Shown piece by piece: positions 51,138 to 64,000 of a DNA stretch of 64,000 nt. The translations under genes and the position numbers were made by a program. The stretch's first letter is position 1, and each line of letters opens with the position of its first letter. The DNA is from Alphaproteobacteria bacterium (GTDB lineage: Bacteria; Pseudomonadota; Alphaproteobacteria; JBFXJJ01), in contig JBFXJJ010000003.1 in assembly GCA_050175015.1 (NCBI GenBank), positions 1 to 64,000 on the forward strand. The letters run 5' to 3'. The notes below the pieces were generated by a model. The model did no database searches. It had not been told where the DNA came from and saw only the letters and a list, made by a program, of their open reading frames with translations.

Positions 51138-52265
51138 GTGGTTGAAAATGCGGGATCTGTAGGAATTGTCGAAACCAATTACTATAAAATAGAAGAACCA
51201 ATCAGGCTGGAGTGCGGCAAAGAACTAGCCCCGATAACAGTTGCATACGAAACTTATGGCGAGTTGAATGAGGCAAGAGATAACGCCATCTTAGTTTTGC
51301 ACGCTCTAACTGGCGATGCTCACGCTGCGGGTTACTATAGTGATGATGAAAAAAAACTAGGCTGGTGGGACGTTATGATTGGCCCAGGAAAAGCCTTTGA
51401 TACCAATAAGTTTTTCATAATCAGCTCAAATATATTAGGCGGTTGTAAAGGAACGACGGGGCCAAGTTCGATAAATCCTAAAACCAATAAAGAATATGCG
51501 CTTGATTTCCCCATTATTACGATTGAAGACATTGTAAGAGTCCAAAAAAAACTGATAGATTTTCTTGGCATTACAAAACTGTATAGTGTTGCCGGCGGTT
51601 CTATGGGCGGTATGCAGGCTATGGAGTGGGCGATAAGTTATCCTGATATGGTTGGTTCTTTGATTTCTATCGCATCAACGACTAGACTTTCGGCGCAGAG
51701 TATTGCGTTTAATGCGGTTGGTAGAAACGCCATTATATCAGATCCAAATTGGCATAATGGTAAATATTACGGCAAAAATTCTCCGCAAAAAGGGCTTTCT
51801 ATAGCTCGTATGATTGGTCATATTACTTATCTTTGTGAAGAATCTATGCATTCAAAATTTGGCAGAAAATTGCAGGATAAAGAAAAGCCTGATTTTGATT
51901 TTAATATCGATTTTCAAGTAGAAAGCTATCTTGCGCATCAAGGTCAGACGTTCGTTGATAGGTTCGATGCTAACAGCTATTTATATATTACTAAAGCCGT
52001 AGATTACTTTGATGTTGCAGGGAAATATGGTTCTTTAGAAAAAGCTTTTGAGGCTTCTCGAGCTAAGTTTTTAATTATGTCATTTTCTTCAGATTGGCTG
52101 TTTCCAACATCTCAGTCGAAAGAGTTGGTTAATGCTTTGATTAAACTGGGAAAAGATGTTTCATTTTGTGAAATAGAATCTCCTTGTGGGCATGATGCTT
52201 TTTTGTTGGAGCATAAAACTCAAACTAAAATAATCAAAAGTTTCTTAGGAGACATTAATGAATAA
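51138..52265 (+). CDS. metX: Homoserine O-acetyltransferase
   Basis: HALTGD, GGSMGGMQ, RFDANSY, GHDAFL. Confidence 0.95.
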   Translation: MVENAGSVGIVETNYYKIEEPIRLECGKELAPITVAYETYGELNEARDNAILVLHALTGDAHAAGYYSDDEKKLGWWDVMIGPGKAFDTNKFFIISSNILGGCKGTTGPSSINPKTNKEYALDFPIITIEDIVRVQKKLIDFLGITKLYSVAGGSMGGMQAMEWAISYPDMVGSLISIASTTRLSAQSIAFNAVGRNAIISDPNWHNGKYYGKNSPQKGLSIARMIGHITYLCEESMHSKFGRKLQDKEKPDFDFNIDFQVESYLAHQGQTFVDRFDANSYLYITKAVDYFDVAGKYGSLEKAFEASRAKFLIMSFSSDWLFPTSQSKELVNALIKLGKDVSFCEIESPCGHDAFLLEHKTQTKIIKSFLGDINE

Positions 52266-52881
52266 TCATAGTTTAGAGGCAAAACTTTTTCATCTTAATT
52301 ATGCAATAATCACGGATTTTATAGAAGAACATTCCAAAGTATTGGATTTAGGGTGCGGCGATGGCAGCCTTATAAAAATGCTTATAGATGAAAAGCAAGC
52401 TAGAGCTAGAGGTGTTGATATTAGTCAGGAAAATGTCATCAAATGTATTGAAAAGGCGCTATCTGTTACCCAAGGCAATATAGATGATGGTTTGTTGGAA
52501 TTTGCCGATAAATCTTATGATTACGTTATCTTAAACCAAACGCTTCAATCGGTTCGAAAACCTGATTTTGTTATTGAGGAAATGCTGAGGGTTGGCAAAA
52601 AAGTTGTTGTTAGTTTTCCTAATTTTGGATATTGGAAAATTCGATTCTATTTATTTTTTAAAGGGAAAATGCCTAAATCTAAAATTTTGCCGTTTTCTTG
52701 GTATGATACGCCCAATATTCATCTTTTAACAATTAAAGATTTTTTTGATTTTATTAAGGGAAATAATATAAAAAATTTGAATTCAATATATATGACCAAA
52801 GGAAAAAAATATAAGAGTTTACTTGTAAAAAAGACAGCAAATTTTTTGGCAGAAGAAGTTATTTTTGTAATTTCGAAGTAA
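52258..52881 (+). CDS. metW: Methionine biosynthesis protein MetW
   Basis: LDLGCGDG, VSFPNFGYW, WYDTPNIH. Confidence 0.93.
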   Translation: MNNHSLEAKLFHLNYAIITDFIEEHSKVLDLGCGDGSLIKMLIDEKQARARGVDISQENVIKCIEKALSVTQGNIDDGLLEFADKSYDYVILNQTLQSVRKPDFVIEEMLRVGKKVVVSFPNFGYWKIRFYLFFKGKMPKSKILPFSWYDTPNIHLLTIKDFFDFIKGNNIKNLNSIYMTKGKKYKSLLVKKTANFLAEEVIFVISK

Positions 52882-53008
52882 GTTGTTTGCGTAGTTTTTT
52901 TGAATTTAATTTTTTCTTAGCTAAGTTGATGGGTTGACTTGTATTATTTTTTATGTTAGGCAAGAAATAATATGTTTAGTTAATTTTTTAATTTTAAGTT
53001 GAATTAAT

Positions 53009-53071
53009 ATGGTTTATTTACCAAGTTTTTCTAACCTACTACTTAGCGTTCTAGTGATTAGACTCACGTAG
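53009..53071 (+). CDS. ilv/leu attenuator leader peptide MVYLPSFSNLLLSVLVIRLT
   Basis: 20-aa ORF with 10 Leu/Val/Ile codons upstream of a terminator and ilvB. Confidence 0.8.
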   Translation: MVYLPSFSNLLLSVLVIRLT

Positions 53072-53103
53072 TAGGGGTATGGCTTGGCTATAAAAAGCAA
53101 GAC

Positions 53104-53136
53104 AAAAAAGACCCCGTTTTTACGGGGTCTTTTTTT
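53104..53136 (+). terminator. Attenuator terminator
   Basis: AAAAAAGACCCCG-loop-CGGGGTCTTTTTTT; upstream GGGGT (~53074) can pair with ACCCC as an antiterminator. Confidence 0.85.
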
Positions 53137-53203
53137 ATCTACCATTTAAGGTAACACCAGTATGTAAGTTTTATATTAATTAAGAAAAAAGAAAGGTATA
53201 TAG

Positions 53204-54913
53204 ATGACAAAAATGACAGGGGCTCAAATTCTTATTCAATCTTTGATTGATTTAGGTGTTGATACTGTATTTGGCTATCCTGGAGGAAAGGTTATCCTTC
53301 TTTACGATGAACTTTATAAGCAGTCGAAAATTCGCCACGTCCTTATGCGCCATGAGCAGGCGGCGGTTCACGCTGCGGAAGGATATGCCCGTTCAACTGG
53401 TAAACCTGGTGTCGTTATTGTTACATCTGGTCCTGGTGCTACCAATGCCGTAACAGGGATAGGAGATGCTGCCTTAGATTCTATTCCTATCATATGTATC
53501 ACGGGGCAGGTTGAAACTAATCAGATAGGAAGCGATGCTTTTCAAGAAGGCGATACTTTAGGCATAACAAGGTCAATTACTAAGCAGAATTATCTTCTTA
53601 ATGATGTTAATAAAGTTCAATACACGGTGCAGGAGGCTTTTTATTTAGCAACAAGCGGCAGGCCAGGTCCGATTGTGATTGATTTTCCATCAGATATTCA
53701 AGCGGATAAAGGTCAATATCAAAAGAATGTTTTTTCTCCTCGTAAATCATACAATCCTCAAATGGAAGGTGATGAAGAGCAAATATCAAAAGCTATAGAG
53801 CTTATGAAAAACGCTGAACGTCCTATTTTTTATTGTGGCGGAGGCATTATCAGTTCTGGAGAGGGGGCTTCAGAAAAATTAATACAGTTAGTAAGAGCTA
53901 CAGGGTTTCCCATTACTTTAACATTAATGGGACTTGGAGCTTATCCTTGTTCTGAAGATGATTTATTTCTTGGAATGCTGGGAATGCACGGGACTTATGA
54001 AGCTAACCTTGCTATGCATAAATGTGATGTAATGATTTGCATCGGGGCAAGATTTGATGACCGTATCACAGGCAAGTTATCAGAGTTTTCTCCAGATTCA
54101 AAAAAGATTCACGTTGATATTGATCCATCATCAATTAATAAAATTATCCCTGTTGATGTTGATATTATAGGTGATGCTGAGAATGTACTTTCGAGTTTTC
54201 TCAGAGAATGGAATAAAATAGAAGAAGACGAAAAGCCAAATTTAACAGAGTGGTGGGAAAAGATTAATTCTTGGAGAGATAAGAAATGTCTTTCTTATAA
54301 GAAATCAGATAGCGAAATAAAACCACAAGAAGCAATAGAATGTCTTTACAATTTAACAAAAGATGATGATATTTACGTAGCTACAGATGTGGGACAACAT
54401 CAAATGTGGACAGCGCAGTACTATAAGTTTAATAAACCTCGTCAGTTTATGACATCTGGAGGCTTTGGAACAATGGGATACGGAGTTCCCGCTGCGATTG
54501 GTGTTCAGGTCGCACACCCAGACAAATCGGTTGTTTGTATTTCTGGAGACGGGTCTTTTATGATGAATATGCAAGAAATTGCTACCGCTGCTTATTATCA
54601 AATTCCAATAAAAGTTATGATTTTAAATAATGTTTATCTTGGTATGGTTAGACAGTGGCAAGAGCTGTTTTTTGAAAAGCGTTATTCTGAAACCCATTTT
54701 GAAAGACAGCCTGATTTTGTAAAATTGGCAGAAGCTTTAGGCGCAAAAGGAAAAAGAATAACAACGCCCGCAGAATTAAATGAAGGTATTTCCGAAATGC
54801 TTTCATCAAAAGAGCCGTTTATTTTGGAGGTTTGTGTTTCTAAAGAAGAAAATGTCTTTCCTATGATTCCAGTTGGAAAAGGGCATCACGAAGTTTTACT
54901 CAGAACGATTTGA
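53204..54913 (+). CDS. ilvB: Acetolactate synthase large subunit
   Basis: [33 protein letters not shown]. Confidence 0.96.
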   Translation: MTKMTGAQILIQSLIDLGVDTVFGYPGGKVILLYDELYKQSKIRHVLMRHEQAAVHAAEGYARSTGKPGVVIVTSGPGATNAVTGIGDAALDSIPIICITGQVETNQIGSDAFQEGDTLGITRSITKQNYLLNDVNKVQYTVQEAFYLATSGRPGPIVIDFPSDIQADKGQYQKNVFSPRKSYNPQMEGDEEQISKAIELMKNAERPIFYCGGGIISSGEGASEKLIQLVRATGFPITLTLMGLGAYPCSEDDLFLGMLGMHGTYEANLAMHKCDVMICIGARFDDRITGKLSEFSPDSKKIHVDIDPSSINKIIPVDVDIIGDAENVLSSFLREWNKIEEDEKPNLTEWWEKINSWRDKKCLSYKKSDSEIKPQEAIECLYNLTKDDDIYVATDVGQHQMWTAQYYKFNKPRQFMTSGGFGTMGYGVPAAIGVQVAHPDKSVVCISGDGSFMMNMQEIATAAYYQIPIKVMILNNVYLGMVRQWQELFFEKRYSETHFERQPDFVKLAEALGAKGKRITTPAELNEGISEMLSSKEPFILEVCVSKEENVFPMIPVGKGHHEVLLRTI

Positions 54914-54930
54914 TTTAAGGATAAAGAATA

Positions 54931-55500
54931 ATGAATGCGATGAAAGGACCTATTGAAAAGCGTACACTTTCTCTTCTTGTGGATAGTGAAGCGGGTGTTC
55001 TGGCAAGAGTTGTCGGTATGTTTTCTGCTCGAGGCTACAACATTGAAAGCTTGAATGTTACAGAAATAGATGCCAACGAGAAGCTTGCCAGAATTACGAT
55101 TGTAACCAAAGGCTCGCCAATGATACTTGAACAAATAAAAGCGCAGCTTTCCAGAATCATAACCGTTTACCTAGTAAAAGATTTGACGGTTGACTGCCAG
55201 TCAGTGGAGAGAGAATTAGCTTTTGTTAAAATAAGAGGCAGAGAAGCGACGAGAAATAAATCTTTGGAGGTTGCCGAAAATTTTCAGGCTCGCCCAATAG
55301 ATTTAAAGGAAAAGGCCATTATTTTTGAAATAGTTGGAACATCTGAAAAGATAGACCGCTTTATAGAGGAAATGACCCCGCTTGGAGTTATAGAAATAGG
55401 AAGAACTGGCCCTCTTGCTATGGAAGAGGGACCAAGAACATTAAGTTATGAAGAAGAAAGACATATTGTTTTAAACAATACTGATGAAGTAATTGATTAG
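54931..55500 (+). CDS. ilvN: Acetolactate synthase small subunit
   Basis: GVLARVVGMFSARGYNIESL (ACT domain). Confidence 0.93.
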   Translation: MNAMKGPIEKRTLSLLVDSEAGVLARVVGMFSARGYNIESLNVTEIDANEKLARITIVTKGSPMILEQIKAQLSRIITVYLVKDLTVDCQSVERELAFVKIRGREATRNKSLEVAENFQARPIDLKEKAIIFEIVGTSEKIDRFIEEMTPLGVIEIGRTGPLAMEEGPRTLSYEEERHIVLNNTDEVID

Positions 55501-55505
55501 GCTAA

Positions 55506-56558
<1,053 letters not shown>

Positions 56559-56795
56559 GCTTTAAGGATAATATAAAAAAGCGATTGTTTTTTATACGAA
56601 CGAGTAGTTAAAAGCTAAGCACAGCTTTTTGTAAGTGGTTCATCAGGAAGAAGCTTATTTAAAAAAGTTTCTTTCTGGTGGCTCTTAAAACACTTGGTAT
56701 GAATAAAAAATGATTTAACAGTTACGAATTTAAGGTTTAAAACCACCTTTAAATTAGCCATAAAAAGTGGATTAGAACTAAAAGAGGAAGAAACA

Positions 56796-58325
56796 ATGGC
56801 AAATAATCGAATTATTATTTTTGATACAACTCTTCGTGATGGAGAGCAATCTCCTGGAGCAACAATGACACAAGAAGAAAAATGTCTTATTGCTGAATCA
56901 CTAGATAAGCTAGGAGTTGATGTTATCGAAGCAGGTTTTGCTATTGCCTCTAAAGGTGATTTCGAGTGTGTTCAAGCGGTTGCTAAAAAGGTAAAAAATG
57001 CGGCGGTTTGTAGTTTGGCTCGAGCCAAAGAAGCTGATATTGAGGCTGCGGCCAAAGCAATTGAATCTGCTAACAGAGGGCGTATCCATACGTTTATTTC
57101 TACAAGTCCAATACATATGAAACACAAGTTGAAAATGGACGCCTCATCAGTATTAGACGCCGTAAAACAAAGTGTTGCATATGCTCGTAATTATATTGAT
57201 GATGTTGAGTGGTCGGCAGAAGATGCAACTCGTACTGATATTGATTTCCTTTGCCGCTGCGTTGAAGCAGCTATTAATTCTGGCGCAACAACAATCAATA
57301 TTCCCGATACCGTTGGCTATACTACTCCTTTTGAACACCAAGCACTTTTTAAACAGTTAATAGAGCGTGTTCCAAATAGTGATAAAGCTATTTTTTCTGC
57401 TCACTGTCATAATGATTTAGGTATGGCAACCGCCAATTCTCTTGCCGCTATTAGCGCGGGTGTTCGGCAAGTTGAATGCACTATTAATGGTCTTGGTGAA
57501 AGAGCTGGAAATGCGGCTCTTGAAGAAATTGTTATGACAATTAAAACAAGGCACGATGTCTGTCCTTATGAAACAGGCATTGACACCTCTTATATTACAA
57601 GAGTTTCAAGATTAGTCTCAACGCTTTCAGGTTTTTCGGTTCAAAGAAATAAAGCAATAGTTGGCGCCAATGCTTTTGCTCATGAATCAGGGATTCATCA
57701 AGATGGAATGTTGAAGTCTAAAGAAACCTATGAAATTATGACCCCAGAATCTATAGGACTTAAGAAGTCTGAACTGGTTTTAGGGAAACACTCGGGAAGA
57801 GCGGCTCTCCGAGATAAACTTAAAAGTCTTGATATTGAATTATCAGAAGAACAATTTGAAATCGTATTTCAAGGAGTTAAGAACTTAGGCGATAATAAAA
57901 AACACATTATGGACGAAGATATTATCGCAATTATTGATGAAAGCTTTTTGCATGAAGATAATAACATAAGCTTTGTCTCTTATGAAGTTTCAGGCTGTTC
58001 TAACCAAGATAAGACGGCAACCGTAACAATTCGTCAAAACGGCAAAGATAAAAAAGTAACATCAAACTCTGTCGGTTTTATGGACTCTGTATTTGGTGCA
58101 ATCAATACGTTAACTAAGAAGAATCCTATACTTGAACAATATGATGTGCATGCAGTTACATCTGGAATAGATTCTCAAGCAGAAGTCAGCATTATGCTTT
58201 CTTATGATAATTTAACGTTTACGGGGTCTGGCAGAGACCTAGATACCATAACAGCATCTGCAAAAGCTTATATAAGTGCTGTTAACAAGATTATGAAATA
58301 TGAACAAAAGCAAAAAAGGAAATAG
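56796..58325 (+). CDS. leuA: 2-isopropylmalate synthase
   Basis: [35 protein letters not shown]. Confidence 0.95.
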   Translation: MANNRIIIFDTTLRDGEQSPGATMTQEEKCLIAESLDKLGVDVIEAGFAIASKGDFECVQAVAKKVKNAAVCSLARAKEADIEAAAKAIESANRGRIHTFISTSPIHMKHKLKMDASSVLDAVKQSVAYARNYIDDVEWSAEDATRTDIDFLCRCVEAAINSGATTINIPDTVGYTTPFEHQALFKQLIERVPNSDKAIFSAHCHNDLGMATANSLAAISAGVRQVECTINGLGERAGNAALEEIVMTIKTRHDVCPYETGIDTSYITRVSRLVSTLSGFSVQRNKAIVGANAFAHESGIHQDGMLKSKETYEIMTPESIGLKKSELVLGKHSGRAALRDKLKSLDIELSEEQFEIVFQGVKNLGDNKKHIMDEDIIAIIDESFLHEDNNISFVSYEVSGCSNQDKTATVTIRQNGKDKKVTSNSVGFMDSVFGAINTLTKKNPILEQYDVHAVTSGIDSQAEVSIMLSYDNLTFTGSGRDLDTITASAKAYISAVNKIMKYEQKQKRK

Positions 58326-58330
58326 AGGAA

Positions 58331-59218
58331 ATGGGTACACACAATCAAAAGCCTATTGACCAAATGGACGGCTATATATGGGTAGATGGAAAATTTGTTC
58401 CGTGGAAAGAAGCAAATATTCATTTTTTAACACACGGTTTGCATTACGGCAGTTGTGTTTTTGAAGGAATAAGAGCATATAACGGCAAAGGTTTTAAGCT
58501 TACCGAGCATAACAAACGTTTGTTAAAATCAGCTAAAATAATGGATATAAGAGCAGATTATTCTGTTGAAGAATTGGATAAAATTGTAGTAGATGTTTTA
58601 TCCAAAAATAACCTCAAAGATGCTTATATTCGTCCCGCTTTCTGGCTTGGTTCTGAAACTATGGGAATTTTTTCTCGTAACAGCAAAGTTCATCTCGCGG
58701 TAGCTGCTTGGGAATGGCCTTCTTATTTTGGAGATGAAGCATTAAATAAAGGTATTAGTCTTTGCTGGTCAGATTGGCTCCGTCCGCACCCTAAAACCGA
58801 ACCTACTGAGGCTAAAGCTTCAGGGCTTTATATGACTAGCATTATAAGCAAAAATAAAGCTGTAGATAAAGGTTTTGACGATGCCTTAATGAAAGATTAC
58901 CGAGGCTATATTGCAGAATCTACAGGTTCAAACGTATTCTTTATTATTGATGGTGAAGTCTATACTCCAGAAGCAGATTGTTTCTTGAATGGTATTACCC
59001 GTCAAACCGTTTTAGAGGTTGCTGAAAAGAACGGCTACAAAGTTCACGTTGCTCATTTAGATCCAGAAGATACACTGGCAAGAGCGCAGGAAGTTTTTGT
59101 AACAGGGACGGCAGCTGAAATTACGCCCGTCGGCAAAATCGAAGATAAAGTATATACGGTTGGTTCTGTTACAAGAGACTTGAGAGAAAAATATCTTAAG
59201 TTAGTCAAAGGAGAGTAA
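58331..59218 (+). CDS. ilvE: Branched-chain amino acid aminotransferase
   Basis: [33 protein letters not shown]. Confidence 0.95.
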   Translation: MGTHNQKPIDQMDGYIWVDGKFVPWKEANIHFLTHGLHYGSCVFEGIRAYNGKGFKLTEHNKRLLKSAKIMDIRADYSVEELDKIVVDVLSKNNLKDAYIRPAFWLGSETMGIFSRNSKVHLAVAAWEWPSYFGDEALNKGISLCWSDWLRPHPKTEPTEAKASGLYMTSIISKNKAVDKGFDDALMKDYRGYIAESTGSNVFFIIDGEVYTPEADCFLNGITRQTVLEVAEKNGYKVHVAHLDPEDTLARAQEVFVTGTAAEITPVGKIEDKVYTVGSVTRDLREKYLKLVKGE

Positions 59219-59222
59219 AATA

Positions 59223-60611
59223 ATGTCTCAAGCTACAACTCTTTACGATAAAATTTGGAATAGTCATATTGTTGAAGAGCAAGATGATGGAACTTGTTTG
59301 ATTTATATCGATCGTCAATTACTTCACGAAGTTACAAGTCCACAAGCTTTTGATGGGCTTCGTCAAGCAAAGAGAATTATTCGGCACAAAGAAAAAAATC
59401 TTGCGGTTGCTGATCATAATACTCCAACTAAAAATATTGATGGTATAATAGAAAACGATGCTTCCCGCATTTCCCTAGAAACGCTAGCCAAAAACACTAA
59501 AGAGTTTGAGCTTGAGTATTATCCTTTGGGGACGTCTTATAATGGTGTCTGTCACGTTATTGCTCCAGAGCTAGGTTTCACTCTTCCTGGGGTTACGTTT
59601 GTTTGTGGCGATTCCCACACGGCTACCCACGGAGCGTTTGGAGCAGTAGCGTTTGGCATTGGAACATCTGAGATAGAACACGTTTTTGCAACGCAGACGT
59701 TACGTCAAAGAAAAGCTAAAAATATGAGAATCACGATTAATGGCACTTGTAATCCTTGCGTTACGCCTAAAGATATAATTCTTCATATTATTGGCAAGAT
59801 AGGAACCGCAGGTGGAACCGGATATGCTATTGAGTATACGGGCGATGTTTTTAAAAATATGTCTATGGAAGGCAGAATGACGGTTTGCAATATGACCATA
59901 GAGGCTGGTGCCAGAGTTGGTATTGTTGCTCCCGATGACAAAACATTTGCTTATATAAAAGATAATCCTAAAGCTCCTAAAGGGGAACTTTGGGATAAGG
60001 CCGTGTCTTATTGGAAAACACTAAAAAGTGATGACGATGCGGTTTTTGATGAAGAACTTTTGATTGATGCCAAAGAAATTGTTCCTAATGTTACTTGGGG
60101 AACTTCGCCAGAAGACACAGTAGCTGTTACAGGTGTTGTTCCTGAGCCTAAAAACGAGACCAAAAAAAGGGCATTGGATTATATGGATCTTAAACCAGGT
60201 ACTCCTATGACCAGCATTAAAATTGATCGGGTTTTTATTGGAGCTTGTACCAATGGCCGCTTAGAAGATATTGCCGCCGCAGCTCAAATTCTAAAGGGGA
60301 AAAAGGTTGCGCCTCATGTTAAGGCTATTGTTGTTCCTGGCTCTGCTTTGGTGAAAAAAATATCTGAAGAAAAAGGATATGACATTATTTTCAAAGATGC
60401 AGGTTTTGAATGGCGCCACCCAGGTTGTTCGATGTGTCTTGCGATGAATGAAGATAAGGCTGCCGCAGGTGAGCGGGTAGCATCAACCTCTAACCGCAAC
60501 TTTGAAGGACGACAGGGACGAGGAAGCCGAACTCATTTAATGAGCCCAATAATGGCAGCAGCGGCTGCAATTAAGGGGTATATTACCGATGTTCGAGAAA
60601 TCGTAGATTAA
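59223..60611 (+). CDS. leuC: 3-isopropylmalate dehydratase large subunit
   Basis: [41 protein letters not shown]. Confidence 0.97.
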   Translation: MSQATTLYDKIWNSHIVEEQDDGTCLIYIDRQLLHEVTSPQAFDGLRQAKRIIRHKEKNLAVADHNTPTKNIDGIIENDASRISLETLAKNTKEFELEYYPLGTSYNGVCHVIAPELGFTLPGVTFVCGDSHTATHGAFGAVAFGIGTSEIEHVFATQTLRQRKAKNMRITINGTCNPCVTPKDIILHIIGKIGTAGGTGYAIEYTGDVFKNMSMEGRMTVCNMTIEAGARVGIVAPDDKTFAYIKDNPKAPKGELWDKAVSYWKTLKSDDDAVFDEELLIDAKEIVPNVTWGTSPEDTVAVTGVVPEPKNETKKRALDYMDLKPGTPMTSIKIDRVFIGACTNGRLEDIAAAAQILKGKKVAPHVKAIVVPGSALVKKISEEKGYDIIFKDAGFEWRHPGCSMCLAMNEDKAAAGERVASTSNRNFEGRQGRGSRTHLMSPIMAAAAAIKGYITDVREIVD

Positions 60612-60644
60612 GATTTAGTAATAAATGTACATAAGGAAATAAAT

Positions 60645-61241
60645 ATGCAGGCTTTCCAATCACTCACGGGCATTATGGCTCCGCTTCTAATTGATAATAT
60701 CGATACGGATATGATTATTCCTAAGCAGTTTTTAAAAACAATTACAAGAACAGGTCTTGGCAAAAATCTATTTGATGAAATGCGTTATGATGAAAACGGC
60801 AATAAAAAAACCGACTTTATTTTAAATCAAGAACCATATAATCAAGCTTCAATTCTTTTATCTAGCCATAACTTTGGCTGTGGCTCTTCCAGAGAACACG
60901 CTCCTTGGGCATTATTAGATTTTGGAATCAGATGCGTGATAGCGGTTTCTTTTGCCGATATTTTTTATAATAACACTTTTAAAAATGGCATTCTTCCTAT
61001 TCAGTTGCCACTCGAGGTTATTAAAGAATTAGAAGCGGTTGCCAAACGAAAAGAGAAGATTACCGTGGACCTTCAAAATCAACTGATTAAAACCGCTGAA
61101 AAAGATATTCCGTTTAAAATAGATTCTTTTAAAAAAGAATGCCTTTTAAAAGGGCTGGACGATATAGATTATACTCTTCAAAGAGAAGAACTTATCAAAA
61201 ATTTTGAGCAGAAACAAAAAAAGGAGTGCCCATGGCTGTAG
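60645..61241 (+). CDS. leuD: 3-isopropylmalate dehydratase small subunit
   Basis: NIDTDMIIPKQFL, NFGCGSSREHAPWAL. Confidence 0.97.
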   Translation: MQAFQSLTGIMAPLLIDNIDTDMIIPKQFLKTITRTGLGKNLFDEMRYDENGNKKTDFILNQEPYNQASILLSSHNFGCGSSREHAPWALLDFGIRCVIAVSFADIFYNNTFKNGILPIQLPLEVIKELEAVAKRKEKITVDLQNQLIKTAEKDIPFKIDSFKKECLLKGLDDIDYTLQREELIKNFEQKQKKECPWL

Positions 61242-62767
61242 CTCCTAAAAATATTGAGATTATGGATACAACACTTCGAGATGGCGAACAAACCGATGGT
61301 GTTTCTTTTACTTCTCAAGAAAAAGTGATGATAGCAAAAAGCCTTCTTGCTGACGTTGGAGTTAATCGTATTGAAGTCGCAAGTGCTAGGGTCAGCAAAG
61401 AAGAAAAGAAAACGCTCTCAGCCATTATGGCTTGGGCTAAAGAGAATAATTTTTCTAATCAAATTGAAGTCCTTTCTTTTGTTGATGAAAAAAAATCGAT
61501 TGACTGGCTAGATGGTACTGGCTGTTACAATATTAATCTTTTAACCAAAGGCTCTGAAAACCATTGCGTTAAACAACTTGGGAAAACGCTTAAAGACCAT
61601 TTAAAAGATATCGAAAAAACAATAGACTATGCTAAAAGCCGAGGGTTTAGCTGTTCGGTTTATTTAGAAGATTGGTCAAATGGCATTATCCATTCCCCTA
61701 AGTATGTATGGGATATGCTAAAGGCTTATCAAGATTTTGCTTTCAAGCGGGTTTATTTGCCAGATACTCTCGGAATTTTGTCTCCTGATAAGGTTTATCA
61801 ATATATTTCTGAGACCGTTCAAAAATTTCCTGATGTTCATTTTGAATTTCATGGTCATAATGACTATGGTCTTGCGGTTGCCAATACCTTAGCCGCCGTA
61901 AACGCTGGAGCAAAAGGTATTCACGTAACCGTTAATTCCTTAGGCGAACGGGCAGGCAATACTGATTTGGCAGCAACTGTTGCATCACTCAAAGATCACG
62001 CTAATGCTGATGTCTCTGTAAAAGAAGGCAAGCTAAAAGAAATAAGCACTCTTGTTGAAACGTTTAGCGGCAAAAGAATTTCTTCAAACTCTCCCATTAC
62101 TGGTCAGAATGTCTTTACGCAGACAGCTGGAATTCACGCTGACGGAGATAAAAAAGGCGACTTATATAAAAGTCTTTTATCTCCGAAAAGGTTTCAACGA
62201 GATCAAATTTATGCTTTAGGCAAGCTTTCGGGAAAAAGCAATATAGATATGAATTTGGAAAAACTCGGCTTTAAGTTGTCCGAACAGCAGAAAAAAGATC
62301 TTTTAGAAAAAATAGTTGAGTTGGGAGATAATAAGAAAAAAATAACAACTGAGGATTTGCCGTTTCTTATTACGGATCTTTTCGAAGAATATGAAGAAAA
62401 AATATTTTCGATTGAAGAGTGTGTTATCACAACAAGTATTTCGATGAAGCCTGTTGCCAATATTCGTGTTCGCTATAAAGGAAAAGAATATGAAGAAATT
62501 GCGAACGGAAACGGTGGTTATGATGCTTTTATGGAAGCGTTAAGAAAGATTTTCAAAAAGGAAGGACTAACCCTTCCCTTATTGAAAGACTTTGAAGTTC
62601 ATATTCCTCCTGGTGGTAAGACCGATGCGTTGGTTGAAACGATTATTATATGGGACGAAAATATTAGAACGCACGCTGTTGCAAGCGACCAAGTTTTGTC
62701 GGCACTGAAAGCAACAGAGCGAATGATAAATTTAAGAGAACATAAAAAACAAAAGGAAGTAAAATAA
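61232..62767 (+). CDS. cimA: Citramalate synthase (LeuA paralog, Leptospira/Bacteroidota-like)
   Basis: [66 protein letters not shown]. Confidence 0.8.
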   Translation: MAVAPKNIEIMDTTLRDGEQTDGVSFTSQEKVMIAKSLLADVGVNRIEVASARVSKEEKKTLSAIMAWAKENNFSNQIEVLSFVDEKKSIDWLDGTGCYNINLLTKGSENHCVKQLGKTLKDHLKDIEKTIDYAKSRGFSCSVYLEDWSNGIIHSPKYVWDMLKAYQDFAFKRVYLPDTLGILSPDKVYQYISETVQKFPDVHFEFHGHNDYGLAVANTLAAVNAGAKGIHVTVNSLGERAGNTDLAATVASLKDHANADVSVKEGKLKEISTLVETFSGKRISSNSPITGQNVFTQTAGIHADGDKKGDLYKSLLSPKRFQRDQIYALGKLSGKSNIDMNLEKLGFKLSEQQKKDLLEKIVELGDNKKKITTEDLPFLITDLFEEYEEKIFSIEECVITTSISMKPVANIRVRYKGKEYEEIANGNGGYDAFMEALRKIFKKEGLTLPLLKDFEVHIPPGGKTDALVETIIIWDENIRTHAVASDQVLSALKATERMINLREHKKQKEVK

Positions 62768-62769
62768 TG

Positions 62770-63867
62770 ATGACAAAAGAAATACTTCTCCTTGCAGGAG
62801 ATGGTATCGGACCAGAAATTATGCAGGAAGCAAAAAAGGTTCTTTCCTTTTTTTCTAAGGAAGGGGTTGTTGACTTTAAGCTTTCAGAGGGATTTTTAGG
62901 CGGTGCCGGTTATGATGAAACAGGAGATCCACTGCCTTCAGAAACCGTAAAAAAAGCTAAAGAAGCCGATGCGGTTTTATTAGCTGCTATTGGTGGTCCT
63001 AAGTGGGATAAAGTTCCTTTTGAAAAACGTCCCGAGGCTGGACTTCTTGGTATTAGAAAAGAAATGGGCTTGTTTGCAAATTTGCGTCCAGCCATTGTTT
63101 TTGAAGAACTAGCCGAAGCATCAACCTTAAAAAAAGAAATTGTCTCAGGTCTAGACATTCTCATTTTAAGAGAATTGATTGGTGGAATATATTTTGGGAA
63201 GCCTGCGGGCATAGAAGAAGAAAATGGGGTTAGAAAAGGTTTTAATACTTTAGTATACAGCGAACCTGAAATTAAAAGAATTGCAAAGCTTGCTTTTGAG
63301 CTGTCTTTAAAAAGAAACAAGAAACTTTGTTCGGTTGATAAAGCCAATGTTTTACAGGTTATGGTTCTTTGGAGAGAAGTAGTTGAATCCCTTGCCAAAG
63401 ATTATCCTGAAGTTTCGCTTTCTCATATGTATGTTGATAATGCGGCAATGCAGCTTGTAAGAAATCCTAAGCAATTTGACGTTATCGTAACAGGAAATAT
63501 GTTTGGCGATATTTTATCAGATTGTGCTTCGATGTTAACAGGCTCGCTTGGAATGCTGCCATCAGCATCTTTAGGAGAAGTTGATGCTGCGGGAAGACGG
63601 CTTGCTCTTTATGAACCAGTACATGGCTCTGCTCCAGATATTGCAGGCAAGGGCATTGCTAATCCTTTGGCTCAGATTCTTTCGGTTGCGATGATGTTTA
63701 AATATTCTTTAGATATGTCTAAAGAGGCCGAACAGCTTGAAAATGCTGTTAAAGCGGTTTTAAAACAAGGACTTCGCACTAAAGATATTATGCAGAAAGA
63801 CTGCAAGGAAGTTGGAACCGTAGAAATGGGCGATGCCATTATAAAAGAGCTTGAAAAGGCTGAGTAA
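62770..63867 (+). CDS. leuB: 3-isopropylmalate dehydrogenase
   Basis: [38 protein letters not shown]. Confidence 0.97.
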   Translation: MTKEILLLAGDGIGPEIMQEAKKVLSFFSKEGVVDFKLSEGFLGGAGYDETGDPLPSETVKKAKEADAVLLAAIGGPKWDKVPFEKRPEAGLLGIRKEMGLFANLRPAIVFEELAEASTLKKEIVSGLDILILRELIGGIYFGKPAGIEEENGVRKGFNTLVYSEPEIKRIAKLAFELSLKRNKKLCSVDKANVLQVMVLWREVVESLAKDYPEVSLSHMYVDNAAMQLVRNPKQFDVIVTGNMFGDILSDCASMLTGSLGMLPSASLGEVDAAGRRLALYEPVHGSAPDIAGKGIANPLAQILSVAMMFKYSLDMSKEAEQLENAVKAVLKQGLRTKDIMQKDCKEVGTVEMGDAIIKELEKAE

Positions 63868-63910
63868 AATAAGTCTGATGAAGTTTAAGTATTAAGAGAG
63901 AGCTAAGGAA

Positions 63911-64000
63911 ATGACAAATTACAAATCTTCAATTTTTAAAAAGCGTGAAATGGCAGGGGCAAGAAGTCTTTGGAATGCGACTAACCGGCAATATGATCCA
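63911..64000 (+). CDS. ilvD: Dihydroxy-acid dehydratase, 5' end only
   Basis: MTNYKSS..REMAGARSLW.AT resembles the IlvD N-terminus (RNMAGARALWRAT); AAGGA RBS; operon context. Confidence 0.7.
   Translation, partial: MTNYKSSIFKKREMAGARSLWNATNRQYDP

Noticed and set aside
63983-64000. Frameshift or insertion in ilvD (NRQYDP instead of GM..)
   Set aside because: Only 18 nt at the window edge; this may be divergence or a contig-end artefact.

Overview
Low-GC chromosomal window, most likely from an alphaproteobacterium (inferred from the rplU-rpmA-obgE-proB-proA-nadD-rsfS-rlmH-gpmI-envC-ctpA and priA/tal/xerC synteny). (1) Bases 1 to ~18.1 kb are the right part of an integrative mobilizable element inserted at tRNA-Ser(CGA). 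It carries a tyrosine integrase, a MOBP relaxase with MobC, a type I RM system followed by an ABC-ATPase/TOPRIM gene, an AbiEi/AbiEii toxin-antitoxin pair, and a HATPase-STAS-membrane protein module. That module is split by a 2130-bp IS1595-family element (8-bp TSD, 24-bp IRs) carrying a phage C4-type antisense cassette in front of a TM2 gene. (2) 18.4-35.2 kb is housekeeping, ending at tRNA-Ser(GGA). (3) 35.3-49.7 kb is accessory. It has a sodium:solute symporter and a peptidoglycan-binding-domain/Ntox44-like toxin gene with a premature stop, facing a tandem array of about 750-bp cassettes that encode diversified membrane proteins. It also has an NrtR divergon (NrtR plus methyltransferase-Nudix-Nudix fusion versus SPFH plus NAD-kinase-like) with a palindromic operator, and a HEXXH protein. 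(4) 49.8-64 kb holds metY-metX-metW and an attenuated ilvB-ilvN-ilvC-leuA-ilvE-leuC-leuD-cimA-leuB-ilvD operon. The best candidates for undescribed systems are the PG-binding toxin family with convergent partner genes, the NrtR/SPFH/NADK/MTase-Nudix divergon, and the IS-borne C4-TM2 cassette. All family assignments come from motif recognition by eye; no database search was run.
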